Below, one piece after another: positions 8,408-18,905 of a DNA stretch of 64,000 nt. The stretch is from positions 2,346-66,345 of the forward strand of contig JBHACB010000093.1 in the NCBI GenBank assembly GCA_041854325.1, read 5' to 3'. The position numbers were made by a program, and so were the translations under genes. The notes under the pieces were generated by a model. That model searched no databases and was not told where the DNA came from. It worked only from the letters and a program-made list of their open reading frames with translations. How positions within the stretch are numbered: the first letter of the stretch is position 1; each line of letters starts with the position of its first letter. Source of the DNA: Porphyromonas sp. (GTDB taxonomy: Bacteria; Bacteroidota; Bacteroidia; Bacteroidales; Porphyromonadaceae).

Positions 8408-8463
8408 ACGTATATAACCCATATCCCCAACTATGCCCCAAGCGAGGGCGATACTATTAGCAT

Positions 8464-9810
8464 ATGTTCGAGAATTTAAGTGAGAGATTAGAGCGATCGT
8501 TTAAGATACTCAAGGGTGAGGGCAAGATCACCGAGATCAATGTAGCCGAGACACTCAAGGACGTACGCCGTGCGCTCCTAGAGGCCGACGTCAACTACAA
8601 TGTAGCCAAGCAGTTTACAGAGCGTATCAAGGAGAAGAGCCTCGGGCAGAACGTCCTGACAGCTGTGCGCCCTGGCGAGCTGATGGTGAAGATCGTACAC
8701 GATGAGCTTGCCGAGCTGATGGGTGGCAAGGCATCGAGCATTAACCTAAGCGGCTCGCCTGCTATCATCCTCATGTCGGGTCTACAGGGTTCGGGTAAGA
8801 CGACGATGAGTGGTAAGCTCGCTCATCTACTCAAGACGAAGCAAGGGCGTAAGCCTCTCCTCGTGGCCTGCGACGTGTATCGCCCTGCTGCCATAGAGCA
8901 GCTACGTGTACTGGGGGCTCAGATAGACGTCCCTGTCTACGCCGATCTCGAGAGCAAGAACCCCATAGACATAGCACGCCGAGGAGTCGCCCAAGCGATG
9001 GCTCAGGGATGCGACACCGTGATCGTCGATACGGCAGGCCGATTGGCTATCGATGAGCATATGATGCAGGAGATCACGGCTATTAAAATGGCTATCAAGC
9101 CTAGTGAGACGCTCTTCGTGGTGGACTCTATGACTGGGCAGGATGCAGTGAACACAGCCAAGGAGTTCAATGATCGCCTAGACTTCGATGGTGTCGTGCT
9201 GACCAAGCTCGATGGCGATACCCGAGGAGGTGCTGCACTCTCTATCCGTACGGTAGTAGACAAGCCAATCAAGTTCGTCGGTACGGGCGAGAAGATGGAG
9301 GCCCTCGACGTCTTCCATCCCGATCGTATGGCCGATCGTATCCTCGGCATGGGGGACATCGTTTCGCTCGTAGAGCGTGCTCAGCAGCAGTACGATGAGC
9401 GAGAGGCCCGTCGTCTAGAGGAGCGCATTGCCAAGGATCAGTTCGACTTCAACGATTTCCTTGCTCAGATCCACCAGATCAAGAGGATGGGCAACATCAA
9501 GGAGCTTGCCTCCATGATACCAGGTGTGGGCAAAGCACTCAAAGAGATAGACGTAGACGATGATGCCTTCAAGAGCGTTGAGGCCATTATCTACTCCATG
9601 ACGCCCGAGGAGCGTCGTCGCCCCTCGATTATTGATGGTCGCCGCCGCAAGCGCATAGCTGACGGTAGCGGTACCTCTGTGCAGGAGGTGAATAGACTCA
9701 TTACACAGTTCACACAGATGCGTAAGGTTATGAAGCAGGTACAGGGCTTCGGCGGCAAGATGCCTAAGATGCCCAAGCTCCCCAAGATGGGCGGTCGCTT
9801 CGGTTTCTAA
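8464..9810 (+). CDS. ffh: Signal recognition particle protein
   Basis: NG domain motifs GLQGSGKTT and DTAGR, plus a Met-rich M domain and basic tail. Confidence 0.95.
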   Translation: MFENLSERLERSFKILKGEGKITEINVAETLKDVRRALLEADVNYNVAKQFTERIKEKSLGQNVLTAVRPGELMVKIVHDELAELMGGKASSINLSGSPAIILMSGLQGSGKTTMSGKLAHLLKTKQGRKPLLVACDVYRPAAIEQLRVLGAQIDVPVYADLESKNPIDIARRGVAQAMAQGCDTVIVDTAGRLAIDEHMMQEITAIKMAIKPSETLFVVDSMTGQDAVNTAKEFNDRLDFDGVVLTKLDGDTRGGAALSIRTVVDKPIKFVGTGEKMEALDVFHPDRMADRILGMGDIVSLVERAQQQYDEREARRLEERIAKDQFDFNDFLAQIHQIKRMGNIKELASMIPGVGKALKEIDVDDDAFKSVEAIIYSMTPEERRRPSIIDGRRRKRIADGSGTSVQEVNRLITQFTQMRKVMKQVQGFGGKMPKMPKLPKMGGRFGF

Positions 9811-9832
9811 GTAGCACAATCAAGGCTGTGTT

Positions 9833-10810
9833 ATGTCGACGACTCCACTAATCTCAGTTATCGTACCTGTCTACAACGTCGAGGGCTACCTGCGGCAGTG
9901 CCTCGACTCGATCGTCGAGCAGACTTATCCTCATCTTGAGATCATCCTCGTCGATGATGGCTCTACCGATAGCAGTGGTGGCATCTGTGACGAATATGCC
10001 CAAAGGGATACACGCATACGCGTGATCCACAAGGCCAATGGGGGGCTCTCCTCAGCACGAAATGCAGGCATGGATGTGATGACTGGCGAGTTTGTCTCTT
10101 TCGTCGATAGTGACGACTGGCTAGAGACGGATCTGTACAGTGATTTCGTCTGCCACTTGTCTGCATATCCAGATTGTGATATATTTGAGTTTTCGATGAC
10201 TGAACACTATCCGACTAGAGCTCAAGTGATGAAGCACTCAGACGATTGTATCCTAAGAGGCGAGCAGGTCTTGGAGGCTTTTGTGCAGCAATCTACGGTA
10301 TGGATGTATGCCTGGGATAAGATTTGGAAAGCCTCTATTGTGCAGCCATTTCGCTTTCCCGTAGGCAAGCTGAATGAGGATACTATATTCACCTACGAGG
10401 TGTTCTTTTACTCTCCCGAGATGACGCTGGTGTACCGTGATAAGCCCTATTACAACTACAGGAAGATGAGAGAGGGTGCCATTACCTATCGCTTCTCGAG
10501 CAGAGCGGTACTAGACCAGCTTGAAGGGACGAGACGCCTTACAGAGCAGATCAAGGTCGATGCTCCCCATGCGAGCTCATTTGCGTGTCGTTACATGGCC
10601 TCCTACATGAAGGAAACCATGATAGAGCTTTGGAATGGAGGCGTAGAGGAAAAATCGATGATAGATGCATTCATCCCCCACGTCAAATGGCTATCGTCAG
10701 GTGCCAATAGTTGTGCGTTATTTGATAGAAAGACACGCTTCTTCTTACGTTTCCCTATGCTATATCTCTTCTTGCAGCAGAAGATAGGATTGCTAAGACG
10801 TTTGAGATAA
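9833..10810 (+). CDS. Glycosyltransferase family 2
   Basis: [34 protein letters not shown] and FVDSDD motifs. Confidence 0.85.
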   Translation: MSTTPLISVIVPVYNVEGYLRQCLDSIVEQTYPHLEIILVDDGSTDSSGGICDEYAQRDTRIRVIHKANGGLSSARNAGMDVMTGEFVSFVDSDDWLETDLYSDFVCHLSAYPDCDIFEFSMTEHYPTRAQVMKHSDDCILRGEQVLEAFVQQSTVWMYAWDKIWKASIVQPFRFPVGKLNEDTIFTYEVFFYSPEMTLVYRDKPYYNYRKMREGAITYRFSSRAVLDQLEGTRRLTEQIKVDAPHASSFACRYMASYMKETMIELWNGGVEEKSMIDAFIPHVKWLSSGANSCALFDRKTRFFLRFPMLYLFLQQKIGLLRRLR

Positions 10811-10833
10811 TCCCTGTATATGAGCATAAAGTT

Positions 10834-11724
10834 ATGACAATGAATACTTATCGACTGCTTGATGGCAAGGCCACGAGCGAGGCAATTAAGAGAGAGATAG
10901 CGACAGAAGTTGCGGAGATGGTACGTATGGGCAGACCTGCGCCTCACCTAGTAGCCATACTCGTGGGGCACGATGGTGGTAGCGAGACCTATGTTGCCGC
11001 CAAGATCAAGACGTGCAGTGAAGTAGGCTTTCGCTCTAGCCTTATTCGCTACGAAGACGACGTTACGGAGGCCGAGCTCCTAGCCTGTATCGATAGGCTC
11101 AACAAAGATGCAGACGTAACGGGCTTCATCGTACAGCTTCCCCTACCCAAACATATTGATGAGCAGAAGGTCATCGAGGCTGTAGACCCCAAGAAAGACG
11201 TCGACGGTTTTCACCCTATCAATGTGGGTAAGATGAGCATTGGTCTGCCCTGCTTCGTGTCTGCTACACCCAAGGGGATCGTGGAGCTACTGCGCCGCAA
11301 CGACATAGATACTCGTGGTAAGCACTGTGTCGTCCTAGGGCGTAGTAATATCGTAGGCAAACCCATGGCACAGCTCCTGCTCTACAAGGGTAACCCTGGC
11401 GACTGCACCGTAACGGTATGCCACAGCCGTACGCCCAATATCAAGGAGATCTGCCGAGAGGCAGACATCATCGTGGCTGCCCTTGGCGTACCGGGCTTCG
11501 TAACGGCCGATATGGTTAAGCCCGGGGCTGTGGTCATCGATGTCGGTACCACCCGCGTCGAGGACAAGACGCGTGAGCGTGGCTGGCGACTCTCGGGCGA
11601 TGTGCGCTTCGATGAGGTCGCACCACTCACCTCTGCTATTACTCCTGTCCCTGGGGGAGTAGGCCCCATGACGATCGTCTCACTGATGCTCAATACCCTA
11701 CAAGCTGGTAAGGAGCAAGCCTAG
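10834..11724 (+). CDS. folD: Bifunctional methylenetetrahydrofolate dehydrogenase/cyclohydrolase
   Basis: [27 protein letters not shown] and [10 protein letters not shown] motifs. Confidence 0.95.
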   Translation: MTMNTYRLLDGKATSEAIKREIATEVAEMVRMGRPAPHLVAILVGHDGGSETYVAAKIKTCSEVGFRSSLIRYEDDVTEAELLACIDRLNKDADVTGFIVQLPLPKHIDEQKVIEAVDPKKDVDGFHPINVGKMSIGLPCFVSATPKGIVELLRRNDIDTRGKHCVVLGRSNIVGKPMAQLLLYKGNPGDCTVTVCHSRTPNIKEICREADIIVAALGVPGFVTADMVKPGAVVIDVGTTRVEDKTRERGWRLSGDVRFDEVAPLTSAITPVPGGVGPMTIVSLMLNTLQAGKEQA

Positions 11725-11730
11725 GTAGCT

Positions 11731-13125
11731 ATGGACGAACGAGACGACAAGCACAGGATAAATCCTATACGCTGGGTCCCCTCCGTGTACTTCGGCATGG
11801 GGCTCCCGTTCGTGATGCTCGCCTTGGTATCCTCGATCATGTTTACCAAGCTCAAGGTCAGTGCACAGGATATTACCTTCTGGGCGACGCTGATCACCCT
11901 GCCATGGTCGCTCAAGTGGCTCATTAGCCCTATCATGGAGAGCTTTGGTACCAAGCGTGGGTACATCATCTTCACAGAGCTCATCACGGCTCTGCTCTTT
12001 ATCTCTATTTGCTTCGTGCTACCCCTGCCGGGGGAGCTCTCCCTGCGTATCAGCTTACCAGAGATTAGCCTACCCTCGGCTCTTGCCAACTTGCTAGGAT
12101 GCGAGACTATAGGCGGTACGCTGGTAGACTCGACACTCCCCAAGTTTTATGTAGCCTCTATCGCTATCATGGCTATGGTAGCCCTCAGTGGCTCTACACA
12201 CGACATCGCTGGCGATGGCGTGTATATGGAGCAGCTCGATACCAAGACGCAGAGCGTATATTCGGGCTGGCAAGGTGCATTCTACAACATCGCCAAGGTT
12301 CTTGCCAATGGAGGGCTAGTCGCGTTGTCGGGGGTGCTTACCGACAGCTATGGGCCTACGGTAGCTTGGTCTATCATCATGGCGATCTGTGGAGTGCTGA
12401 TGCTCGGGCTCTCGATCTATCATTATTTCTCATTGCCTCGCGATGCCAAGGTCCCCGAGTCGCGTACCTTTGGCGAGCGTATTCAGGAGCTCAAGAGCAT
12501 AGTGAGTAGCTTCTTTGGCAAGAAGTTTATTTGGCTGTATCTACTCTTCATCCTCCTCTATCGCCTGGCTGAGGGGCTGGCGATGAAGATAGCACCGATA
12601 TTCCTCGTCGATGCTCGTACCAAGGGCGGTGTCGGGCTTACGGAGCTAGAGTTTGGGCTCATCGTAGGTACGGCTGGTAGCATAGCCTTCATCTTAGGAT
12701 CGATACTAGCTGGCTACTACATCTCTCATCGAGGGCTCAAGCGTAGCCTACTATTCTTGGTCGTGGCTTTCAACCTACCTTTCGTTGTCTATCTACTGCT
12801 GGCCCTCTACCAGCCCGAGAGTTTGTGGCTCATCGGCAGTGGTATCGTGGTGGAGTACTTCGGCTACGGCTTTGGCTTCGTGGGTATCACGCTCTTCATG
12901 ATGCAGCAGATAGCTCCAGGTAAGTATCAGATGGCGCACTATGCTTTTGCCAACAGCCTCATGAACCTCAGCGTGATGATCCCAGGTATGATGAGTGGCT
13001 ACTTGAGCACTTCGCTTGGTTATACCACATTCTTCACGGTGGTAATGGTCGCCGCCATACCTGTGGTCTTGATGTCGCTTGTCCTTCCCTTTGCCCATGA
13101 TCAAGGGGGTGAGTCGACTGCATAG
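11731..13125 (+). CDS. MFS transporter, AmpG-like
   Basis: 464 aa and polytopic. The N-terminus WVPSVYFGMGLPFV resembles AmpG-family permeases. Confidence 0.6.
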   Translation: MDERDDKHRINPIRWVPSVYFGMGLPFVMLALVSSIMFTKLKVSAQDITFWATLITLPWSLKWLISPIMESFGTKRGYIIFTELITALLFISICFVLPLPGELSLRISLPEISLPSALANLLGCETIGGTLVDSTLPKFYVASIAIMAMVALSGSTHDIAGDGVYMEQLDTKTQSVYSGWQGAFYNIAKVLANGGLVALSGVLTDSYGPTVAWSIIMAICGVLMLGLSIYHYFSLPRDAKVPESRTFGERIQELKSIVSSFFGKKFIWLYLLFILLYRLAEGLAMKIAPIFLVDARTKGGVGLTELEFGLIVGTAGSIAFILGSILAGYYISHRGLKRSLLFLVVAFNLPFVVYLLLALYQPESLWLIGSGIVVEYFGYGFGFVGITLFMMQQIAPGKYQMAHYAFANSLMNLSVMIPGMMSGYLSTSLGYTTFFTVVMVAAIPVVLMSLVLPFAHDQGGESTA

Positions 13126-13155
13126 AGCCTAGAAGGCAAGTCGCTGGCTATATGT

Positions 13156-13192
13156 GCTAGCCTTCCCAGCGTTGGGAGGCTAGCATTTTTTT
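13156..13192 (+). terminator. Rho-independent terminator after the MFS gene
   Basis: 12-bp stem (GCTAGCCTTCCCA / TGGGAGGCTAGC, one bulge) followed by TTTTTTT. Confidence 0.7.
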
Positions 13193-13231
13193 GCTCTCTG
13201 TACTGGCTGCGGATAGGGTACCTCGAGAGAA

Positions 13232-13308
13232 ACCCTAGGATGAACGGGGCGTTCGCCCTAGGGCAGAAAAAATGTCCCTCTAGGGTGAACGCCCCGTTCA
13301 CCCTAGAG
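13232..13308. repeat. CCTAGGGTGAACG-family repeat, copy B (two palindromes)
   Basis: CCCTAGGATGAACGGGGCGTTCGCCCTAGGG, a spacer, then CTCTAGGGTGAACGCCCCGTTCACCCTAGAG (perfect 14-bp arms). Confidence 0.85.
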
Positions 13309-13503
13309 GAGCCCCAACCACTATGCCTCCCCGATCAGTACCTAGGGATAGGGTAGAGAGGTATGTTGTATATATGTTTGTTTATTATATGGTTGTGTTG
13401 ATTTTCCTATCTCTCGTTAGGTCTGCTGACGAGGTGGAGAGGGTATGATCGGATCGATATGAAATTAAGAGTAGAGCGCGGATAGAGTAAACAAAAAATT
13501 AAT

Positions 13504-13511
13504 TACCTTTG
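13504..13511 (+). promoter_or_regulatory. -7 box TACCTTTG upstream of the V-ATPase operon
   Basis: TAnnTTTG match, 64 nt upstream of ATG 13575. A second match, TATGTTTG, lies at 13373-13380. Confidence 0.4.
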
Positions 13512-13574
13512 CTAGGTGCTCCTCGTGATGAGAGGGGCTATGAACGCGTCAAGTAGTAATAAATATATGATATT

Positions 13575-14165
13575 ATGGATTCTAGGATCAAAGAATTAAC
13601 AGAGAAGGTCTATAATGAAGGAGTGCAGCGAGGGAACGCCGAGGCCGAACGCATCCTCTCTGAGGCGCGCCAGCGTGCTACCGAGCTAGAAGACAAAGCC
13701 AAGGCGCAAGCTGCCGAGATAGTACGTGTAGCTCAGCGAGAGGCCGACACCTTGAGGCAAAACACCGAGAGCGAGCTACGACTATATGCTAGCCAGCTGG
13801 TAGAGAGCATCCGCGCCAGCGTTACCGACAAGCTAACAGGCGACATCGCCTCCGACAACGTATCGGCCGCCAGCACCGACCCAGAGTTTATGCGTCGTCT
13901 CATCCTAGAGCTAGTATCGGGGTTCGATCTAGACCGAGGCGTGGAGATCTCCACCGCCAACGCTGAGGCCCTCTCGACCTACTTTGCCCAGAATGCCAAG
14001 GCCATGCTCGAGCGTGGTGTACGCATCAAGAGTGTAGCAGGTAAGCCAACTGACTTTAGCATAGGCCCTGCGGATGGAGCCTTCAAGATACAGATAGGCG
14101 AAGCTGAGTTTCTCGAGCTATTCAAGAGTTTTCTCCGTCCACAGCTGGCGCAGAGACTATTCTAA
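13575..14165 (+). CDS. V-type ATP synthase subunit E
   Basis: 196 aa. Has an N-terminal charged coiled coil (EAERILSEARQRATELEDKAKAQAAEI) and is first gene of the V-ATPase operon. Confidence 0.75.
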   Translation: MDSRIKELTEKVYNEGVQRGNAEAERILSEARQRATELEDKAKAQAAEIVRVAQREADTLRQNTESELRLYASQLVESIRASVTDKLTGDIASDNVSAASTDPEFMRRLILELVSGFDLDRGVEISTANAEALSTYFAQNAKAMLERGVRIKSVAGKPTDFSIGPADGAFKIQIGEAEFLELFKSFLRPQLAQRLF

Positions 14166-14182
14166 CCTAGAGACACGATACT

Positions 14183-15133
14183 ATGGCCAAGTACTATGGA
14201 CTAGTCTCGGGGCTTCCCGATCTGGTAGTAGATGCACAGCGATTGCCGTTTACACAAGAGGAGTTTTATCTAGATCTTCTCGACGAGCTCTCCAGCAAGG
14301 ACAGAGAACTCCTCGAGTGGCTACGCCTAGAGGCCGTGGGGCCCGAGCTCATCGCCCTGTATCAGGAAGGGCATATAGCCCCCCCCGATGATGAGGATGA
14401 GCCTCTACAGCTCGATGAGGAGAGCGATGAGGATATAGCCCTAGAGCAACGCACCTCCCTCCCTGTCAAGGAGCTACGTCGCGTAGCCTATATGGCGAGG
14501 CGTGGCACGCCTCTGCGCCGTAGCGAGCTACTACCGGGGTATATGATACGCTTCGTCAATGATCTGTACATGCCCCGACCTGAGGACGAGGAGCGTGTCG
14601 AGACGCGCGAGCAGGGGCTCTCGCTCGAGGATAGGCTCTCGGGGCTGTACTACGAGGCTGCCGCGCGCTCCAAGAATGCCTTCGTGGCAGAGTGGTTTAG
14701 GCTCAATCAGACCCTACGCAACGTGCTGACCGTCTTCACCTGTCGCAAGCTAGGCTGGCGTGCCGATCAGTATGTGGTGGGCAATAGCGAGATAGAGACA
14801 CAGCTCCTGACGAGCAAGGCTAGAGACTTTGACCTCGCTGAGGAAGTCCCCTACATACACCAGCTCATACAGATCGCTGAGGAGACCGACATCGCTAGGC
14901 GCGAGCGTATGATAGATGTGCTACGCTGGCGTTGGCTCGACGAATACACGTTTGCACGCGTCTTCGACATCGAGAATGTCCTAAGCTATTACATTCGCCT
15001 CGGTATCGTAGAGCGCTGGCTACGCCTCGACGAACAGACGGGCGAAGAGACCTTTAGACAGATCGTCATGGGGCTCAAGGCCGAGAGCAACGCCTCGCTA
15101 CAAGAATTCAAAAACAATACTACAAAACGCTAG
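14183..15133 (+). CDS. DUF2764 protein (occupies the subunit C position in Bacteroidetes V-ATPase operons)
   Basis: N-terminus YYGLVSGLPDL, and position between subunits E and A. Confidence 0.7.
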   Translation: MAKYYGLVSGLPDLVVDAQRLPFTQEEFYLDLLDELSSKDRELLEWLRLEAVGPELIALYQEGHIAPPDDEDEPLQLDEESDEDIALEQRTSLPVKELRRVAYMARRGTPLRRSELLPGYMIRFVNDLYMPRPEDEERVETREQGLSLEDRLSGLYYEAAARSKNAFVAEWFRLNQTLRNVLTVFTCRKLGWRADQYVVGNSEIETQLLTSKARDFDLAEEVPYIHQLIQIAEETDIARRERMIDVLRWRWLDEYTFARVFDIENVLSYYIRLGIVERWLRLDEQTGEETFRQIVMGLKAESNASLQEFKNNTTKR

Positions 15134-15173
15134 TGCCCCCTAGGTGCTAGCAGGTAGATCAGACAGATATACA

Positions 15174-16928
15174 ATGGCTACAAAAGGAATAGTGAAGGGG
15201 ATCGTCTCCAACCTCGTAACCATAGAGGTAGATGGCCCCGTAGCACAGAATGAGATTTGCTACATCACGGTCGGGGGTACTCCTCTGATGAGTGAGGTGA
15301 TCAAGGTGATCGGCTCTAGTGCGTATGCACAGGTATTCGAGTCTACACGTGGTATGCGTATTGGCGATCCGGTGGAGTTTCGCGGGCATATGCTCGAGGT
15401 AACACTGGGCCCTGGTATGCTGTCCAAGAACTACGATGGTCTGCAAAACGACCTAGACAAGATGGACGGCGTCTTCCTACAGCGTGGCTCCTATACCTAC
15501 CCACTCGATGCCGACAAGCTCTGGGCCTTTAAGCCTCTAGCCAAGCAAGGCGACAGGGTAACGGCTGGTAGCTGGCTAGGCGAGGTAGACGAGAACTATC
15601 AGCCACACAAGATCATGGTGCCCTTCGTCATGACCGAGCACTATACGATCAAGAGCCTCAAGGGCGAGGGCGAGTACACGGTCAGGGAGGTCGTGGCAGT
15701 CTTGACGGACGAGGCTGGTCGTGATCATGAGGTAACTATGGAGCAGAAGTGGCCCGTGAAGCGCGCTATTAGCTGCTACAGCGAGAAGCCTCGCCCCTCG
15801 CGCCTGCTGGAGACGGGAGTGCGCGTGATAGATACGCTCAATCCTATAGTGGAGGGTGGTACAGGCTTTATCCCTGGTCCATTTGGCACGGGCAAGACGG
15901 TGCTACAGCATGCCATTAGCAAGCAGGCCGAGGCCGATATCGTGATCATAGCTGCATGTGGAGAGCGTGCCAACGAGGTCGTGGAGATATTCAAGGAGTT
16001 CCCCGAGCTGATCGACCCCCACACGGGCCGGCACCTCATGGAGCGTACTATCATCATAGCCAACACGTCCAACATGCCCGTGGCGGCTCGTGAGGCATCG
16101 GTGTACACGGCCATGACTATAGCCGAGTACTATCGCTCCATGGGGCTCAAGGTGATGCTAATGGCCGACTCCACGAGTCGATGGGCACAGGCTCTACGTG
16201 AGATGTCCAATCGCCTAGAGGAGCTCCCTGGCCCCGATGCCTTCCCCATGGACCTATCCGCCATTGTGGCCAACTTCTACGCTCGCGCAGGCTTCGTGTA
16301 TCTCAACAACGGAGCCACGGGCTCAGTAACTTTCATCGGTACCGTATCGCCTGCAGGTGGCAATCTTAAGGAACCCGTAACAGAAAACACCAAGAAGGTA
16401 GCCCGTTGCTTCTATGCCCTAGAGCAGGAGCGTGCCGACCGCAAGCGTTATCCGGCAGTGAACCCTATCGATAGCTACTCCAAGTATCTCGAGTATCCCG
16501 AGTTCCAAGCCTATATCTCTGAGCGAGTAGGCACTGACTGGGTGAGTAAGGTCAACGAGATGAAGCGTCGCCTCATCCAGGGTAAGGAGATCTCGGAGCA
16601 GATCAACATCCTCGGAGACGATGGTGTGCCTCTCGAGTATCATATCACGTTCTGGAAGAGTGAGCTCATCGACTTCGTGATACTACAGCAGGATGCCTTT
16701 GATAGCATTGACTGCAATACCTCGCTCGAGCGACAGCAGTACATGGTGGATCATATCATGCGTATCTGCGATACGGACTTCGAGTTTGAGGGCTTTGCCG
16801 AGGTGAGTGGTTACTTCAAGGAGGTGATCAACGCCTTCAAGCAGATGAACTATTCGGAGTGGCCCAGCGCAGAGTTTGATCAGCATGAGACCAAGATGCG
16901 TGCACTTATTAACCAACGTGCTAAATAA
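15174..16928 (+). CDS. ntpA: V-type ATP synthase subunit A (catalytic)
   Basis: Walker A GPFGTGKTV, plus MADSTSRWAQALRE. Start placed at ATG 15174. Confidence 0.95.
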   Translation: MATKGIVKGIVSNLVTIEVDGPVAQNEICYITVGGTPLMSEVIKVIGSSAYAQVFESTRGMRIGDPVEFRGHMLEVTLGPGMLSKNYDGLQNDLDKMDGVFLQRGSYTYPLDADKLWAFKPLAKQGDRVTAGSWLGEVDENYQPHKIMVPFVMTEHYTIKSLKGEGEYTVREVVAVLTDEAGRDHEVTMEQKWPVKRAISCYSEKPRPSRLLETGVRVIDTLNPIVEGGTGFIPGPFGTGKTVLQHAISKQAEADIVIIAACGERANEVVEIFKEFPELIDPHTGRHLMERTIIIANTSNMPVAAREASVYTAMTIAEYYRSMGLKVMLMADSTSRWAQALREMSNRLEELPGPDAFPMDLSAIVANFYARAGFVYLNNGATGSVTFIGTVSPAGGNLKEPVTENTKKVARCFYALEQERADRKRYPAVNPIDSYSKYLEYPEFQAYISERVGTDWVSKVNEMKRRLIQGKEISEQINILGDDGVPLEYHITFWKSELIDFVILQQDAFDSIDCNTSLERQQYMVDHIMRICDTDFEFEGFAEVSGYFKEVINAFKQMNYSEWPSAEFDQHETKMRALINQRAK

Positions 16929-16936
16929 AGACAACT

Positions 16937-18265
16937 ATGGCAGCAAAAGCATTCCAAAAGATATACACCAAGATCAGTAATATCACCAAAGCTACCTGTA
17001 TGCTCCACGCCACAGGTGTGGGCAATGAAGAGCTCGCCACGATCAATGGTCGTCTCGCTCAGGTGGTACGTATCATCGGTACCGAGGTAACGCTACAGGT
17101 CTATGGTGGCACGGAGGGTATCCCTACCGATGCGGAGGTTATCTTCCTCGGCAAAGCCCCTAGCCTCAAGGTGGGTGATCAGCTCGTAGGTCGCTTCTTC
17201 AATGCCTACGGTGAGCCTATCGATGGTGGTGCCCCCATAGAGGGGCTAGAGCGTGAGATCGGTGGCCCCTCAGTGAACCCCGTGCGCCGCGAACAGCCCT
17301 CGGAGCTCATCGCCACAGGTATCGCTGGTATCGACCTCAACAATACGCTAGTTACGGGACAGAAGATACCATTCTTCGCCGACCCCGACCAGCCTTTCAA
17401 TGAGGTAATGGCCATGGTAGCCCTAAGAGCCAAGAGCGATAAGATCATTCTCGGAGGCATGGGGATGACCAATGACGACTACTTATTCTTCAAGAATACC
17501 TTCAGCAACGCTGGAGCACTCGACCGCATCATCAGCTTCATCAACACGACCGAAGACCCCTCGGTAGAGCGTCTGCTCATCCCCGATATGGCTCTGACGG
17601 CAGCCGAATACTTCTCCGTAGAAAAGGGCGAGAAGGTGCTCGTGCTCCTCACCGATATGACCAACTATGCCGATGCCCTAGCTATCGTATCGAACCGCAT
17701 GGACCAAATCCCCTCCAAAGACTCTATGCCCGGCTCGCTGTATAGCGACCTCGCTAAGATCTACGAGAAGGCGGTACAATTCCCCGATGGAGGCTCTATC
17801 ACCATCATTGCCGTCACGACACTATCGGGAGGAGATATCACGCACGCTGTGCCCGACAACACGGGGTATATCACCGAGGGTCAGCTCTATCTGCGCCGAG
17901 ATAGCAATGTCGGGAAGGTCATTGTAGACCCCTTCCGCTCGCTTAGCCGCCTCAAGCAGCTGGTGATAGGCAAGAAGACTCGTGAGGATCACCCACAGGT
18001 GATGAATGCCGCAGTACGCCTCTTCTCGGATGCAGCAGGAGCACAGACCAAGATGGAGAATGGGTTTGACCTCTCGGACTATGATGAGCGTACACTTCGC
18101 TTTGCCGACGACTACTCTCGCGAGCTACTAGCTATCGACGTCAATGTAGACACAGAGGAGATGCTCGATACGGCTTGGAAGCTCTTCGGCAAGTACTTCA
18201 AGCCCTCAGAGGTCAATATCAAACAGCAACTAGTAGATACGTACTGGGTAGGAGACCAAGCCTAG
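16937..18265 (+). CDS. ntpB: V-type ATP synthase subunit B
   Basis: 442 aa. LLTDMTNYADALA, SMPGSLYSDLAKIYE and ITEGQL motifs. Confidence 0.95.
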   Translation: MAAKAFQKIYTKISNITKATCMLHATGVGNEELATINGRLAQVVRIIGTEVTLQVYGGTEGIPTDAEVIFLGKAPSLKVGDQLVGRFFNAYGEPIDGGAPIEGLEREIGGPSVNPVRREQPSELIATGIAGIDLNNTLVTGQKIPFFADPDQPFNEVMAMVALRAKSDKIILGGMGMTNDDYLFFKNTFSNAGALDRIISFINTTEDPSVERLLIPDMALTAAEYFSVEKGEKVLVLLTDMTNYADALAIVSNRMDQIPSKDSMPGSLYSDLAKIYEKAVQFPDGGSITIIAVTTLSGGDITHAVPDNTGYITEGQLYLRRDSNVGKVIVDPFRSLSRLKQLVIGKKTREDHPQVMNAAVRLFSDAAGAQTKMENGFDLSDYDERTLRFADDYSRELLAIDVNVDTEEMLDTAWKLFGKYFKPSEVNIKQQLVDTYWVGDQA

Positions 18266-18290
18266 TCATATCGTAGTATAGTGTAGAGAT

Positions 18291-18905
18291 ATGGCTATCA
18301 AGTTTCAGTACAACAAGACCTCGCTTCAGCAGCAGGAGAAGGCTCTCAAGATGCGCGTGCGTACCTTGCCCACGATCAAGAGCAAGGAGAGTGCCCTACG
18401 CCAGCAGGTCAAGCAGACCAAGCGAGAGGTCGAGGAGCTAGAGGACGAGCTCGAGCGTCAGATCAGGGGCTACCAGAGCATGGTCAGCCTATGGGACGAG
18501 TTTCGCCCCGACCTGATTAGCGTCAATCGTGTAGACCTCTCGGTACGCAAGGTGGCAGGGGTCGTCCTCCCCGTGCTCGACGAGATACACTACGAGGTCA
18601 AGCCCTTCAGCGTCTTCAACGCACCATCGTGGTATGCCGAGGGTATCGACCTCCTAAAGACGCTTGCCACGACGGGCATACAGGCCGAGTTTCTGCGCCT
18701 CAAGATGGAGTTTCTCGAGCATGCACGCAAGAAGACGACACAGAAGGTCAATCTCTTTGAGAAGGTACAGATACCAGGCTACCAGGATGCTATCCGCAAG
18801 ATCAAGCGCTTCCTAGAGGACGAGCAGAGCCTCTCCAAGAGCTCGCAGAAGATCATGCGAGCCAACCTCGACAAGCGCAAACAAACAGAGGAGGTAGAGC
18901 TATGA
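18291..18905 (+). CDS. ntpD: V-type ATP synthase subunit D
   Basis: 204 aa coiled-coil protein immediately after subunit B. Its end overlaps the next gene in an ATGA. Confidence 0.8.
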   Translation: MAIKFQYNKTSLQQQEKALKMRVRTLPTIKSKESALRQQVKQTKREVEELEDELERQIRGYQSMVSLWDEFRPDLISVNRVDLSVRKVAGVVLPVLDEIHYEVKPFSVFNAPSWYAEGIDLLKTLATTGIQAEFLRLKMEFLEHARKKTTQKVNLFEKVQIPGYQDAIRKIKRFLEDEQSLSKSSQKIMRANLDKRKQTEEVEL

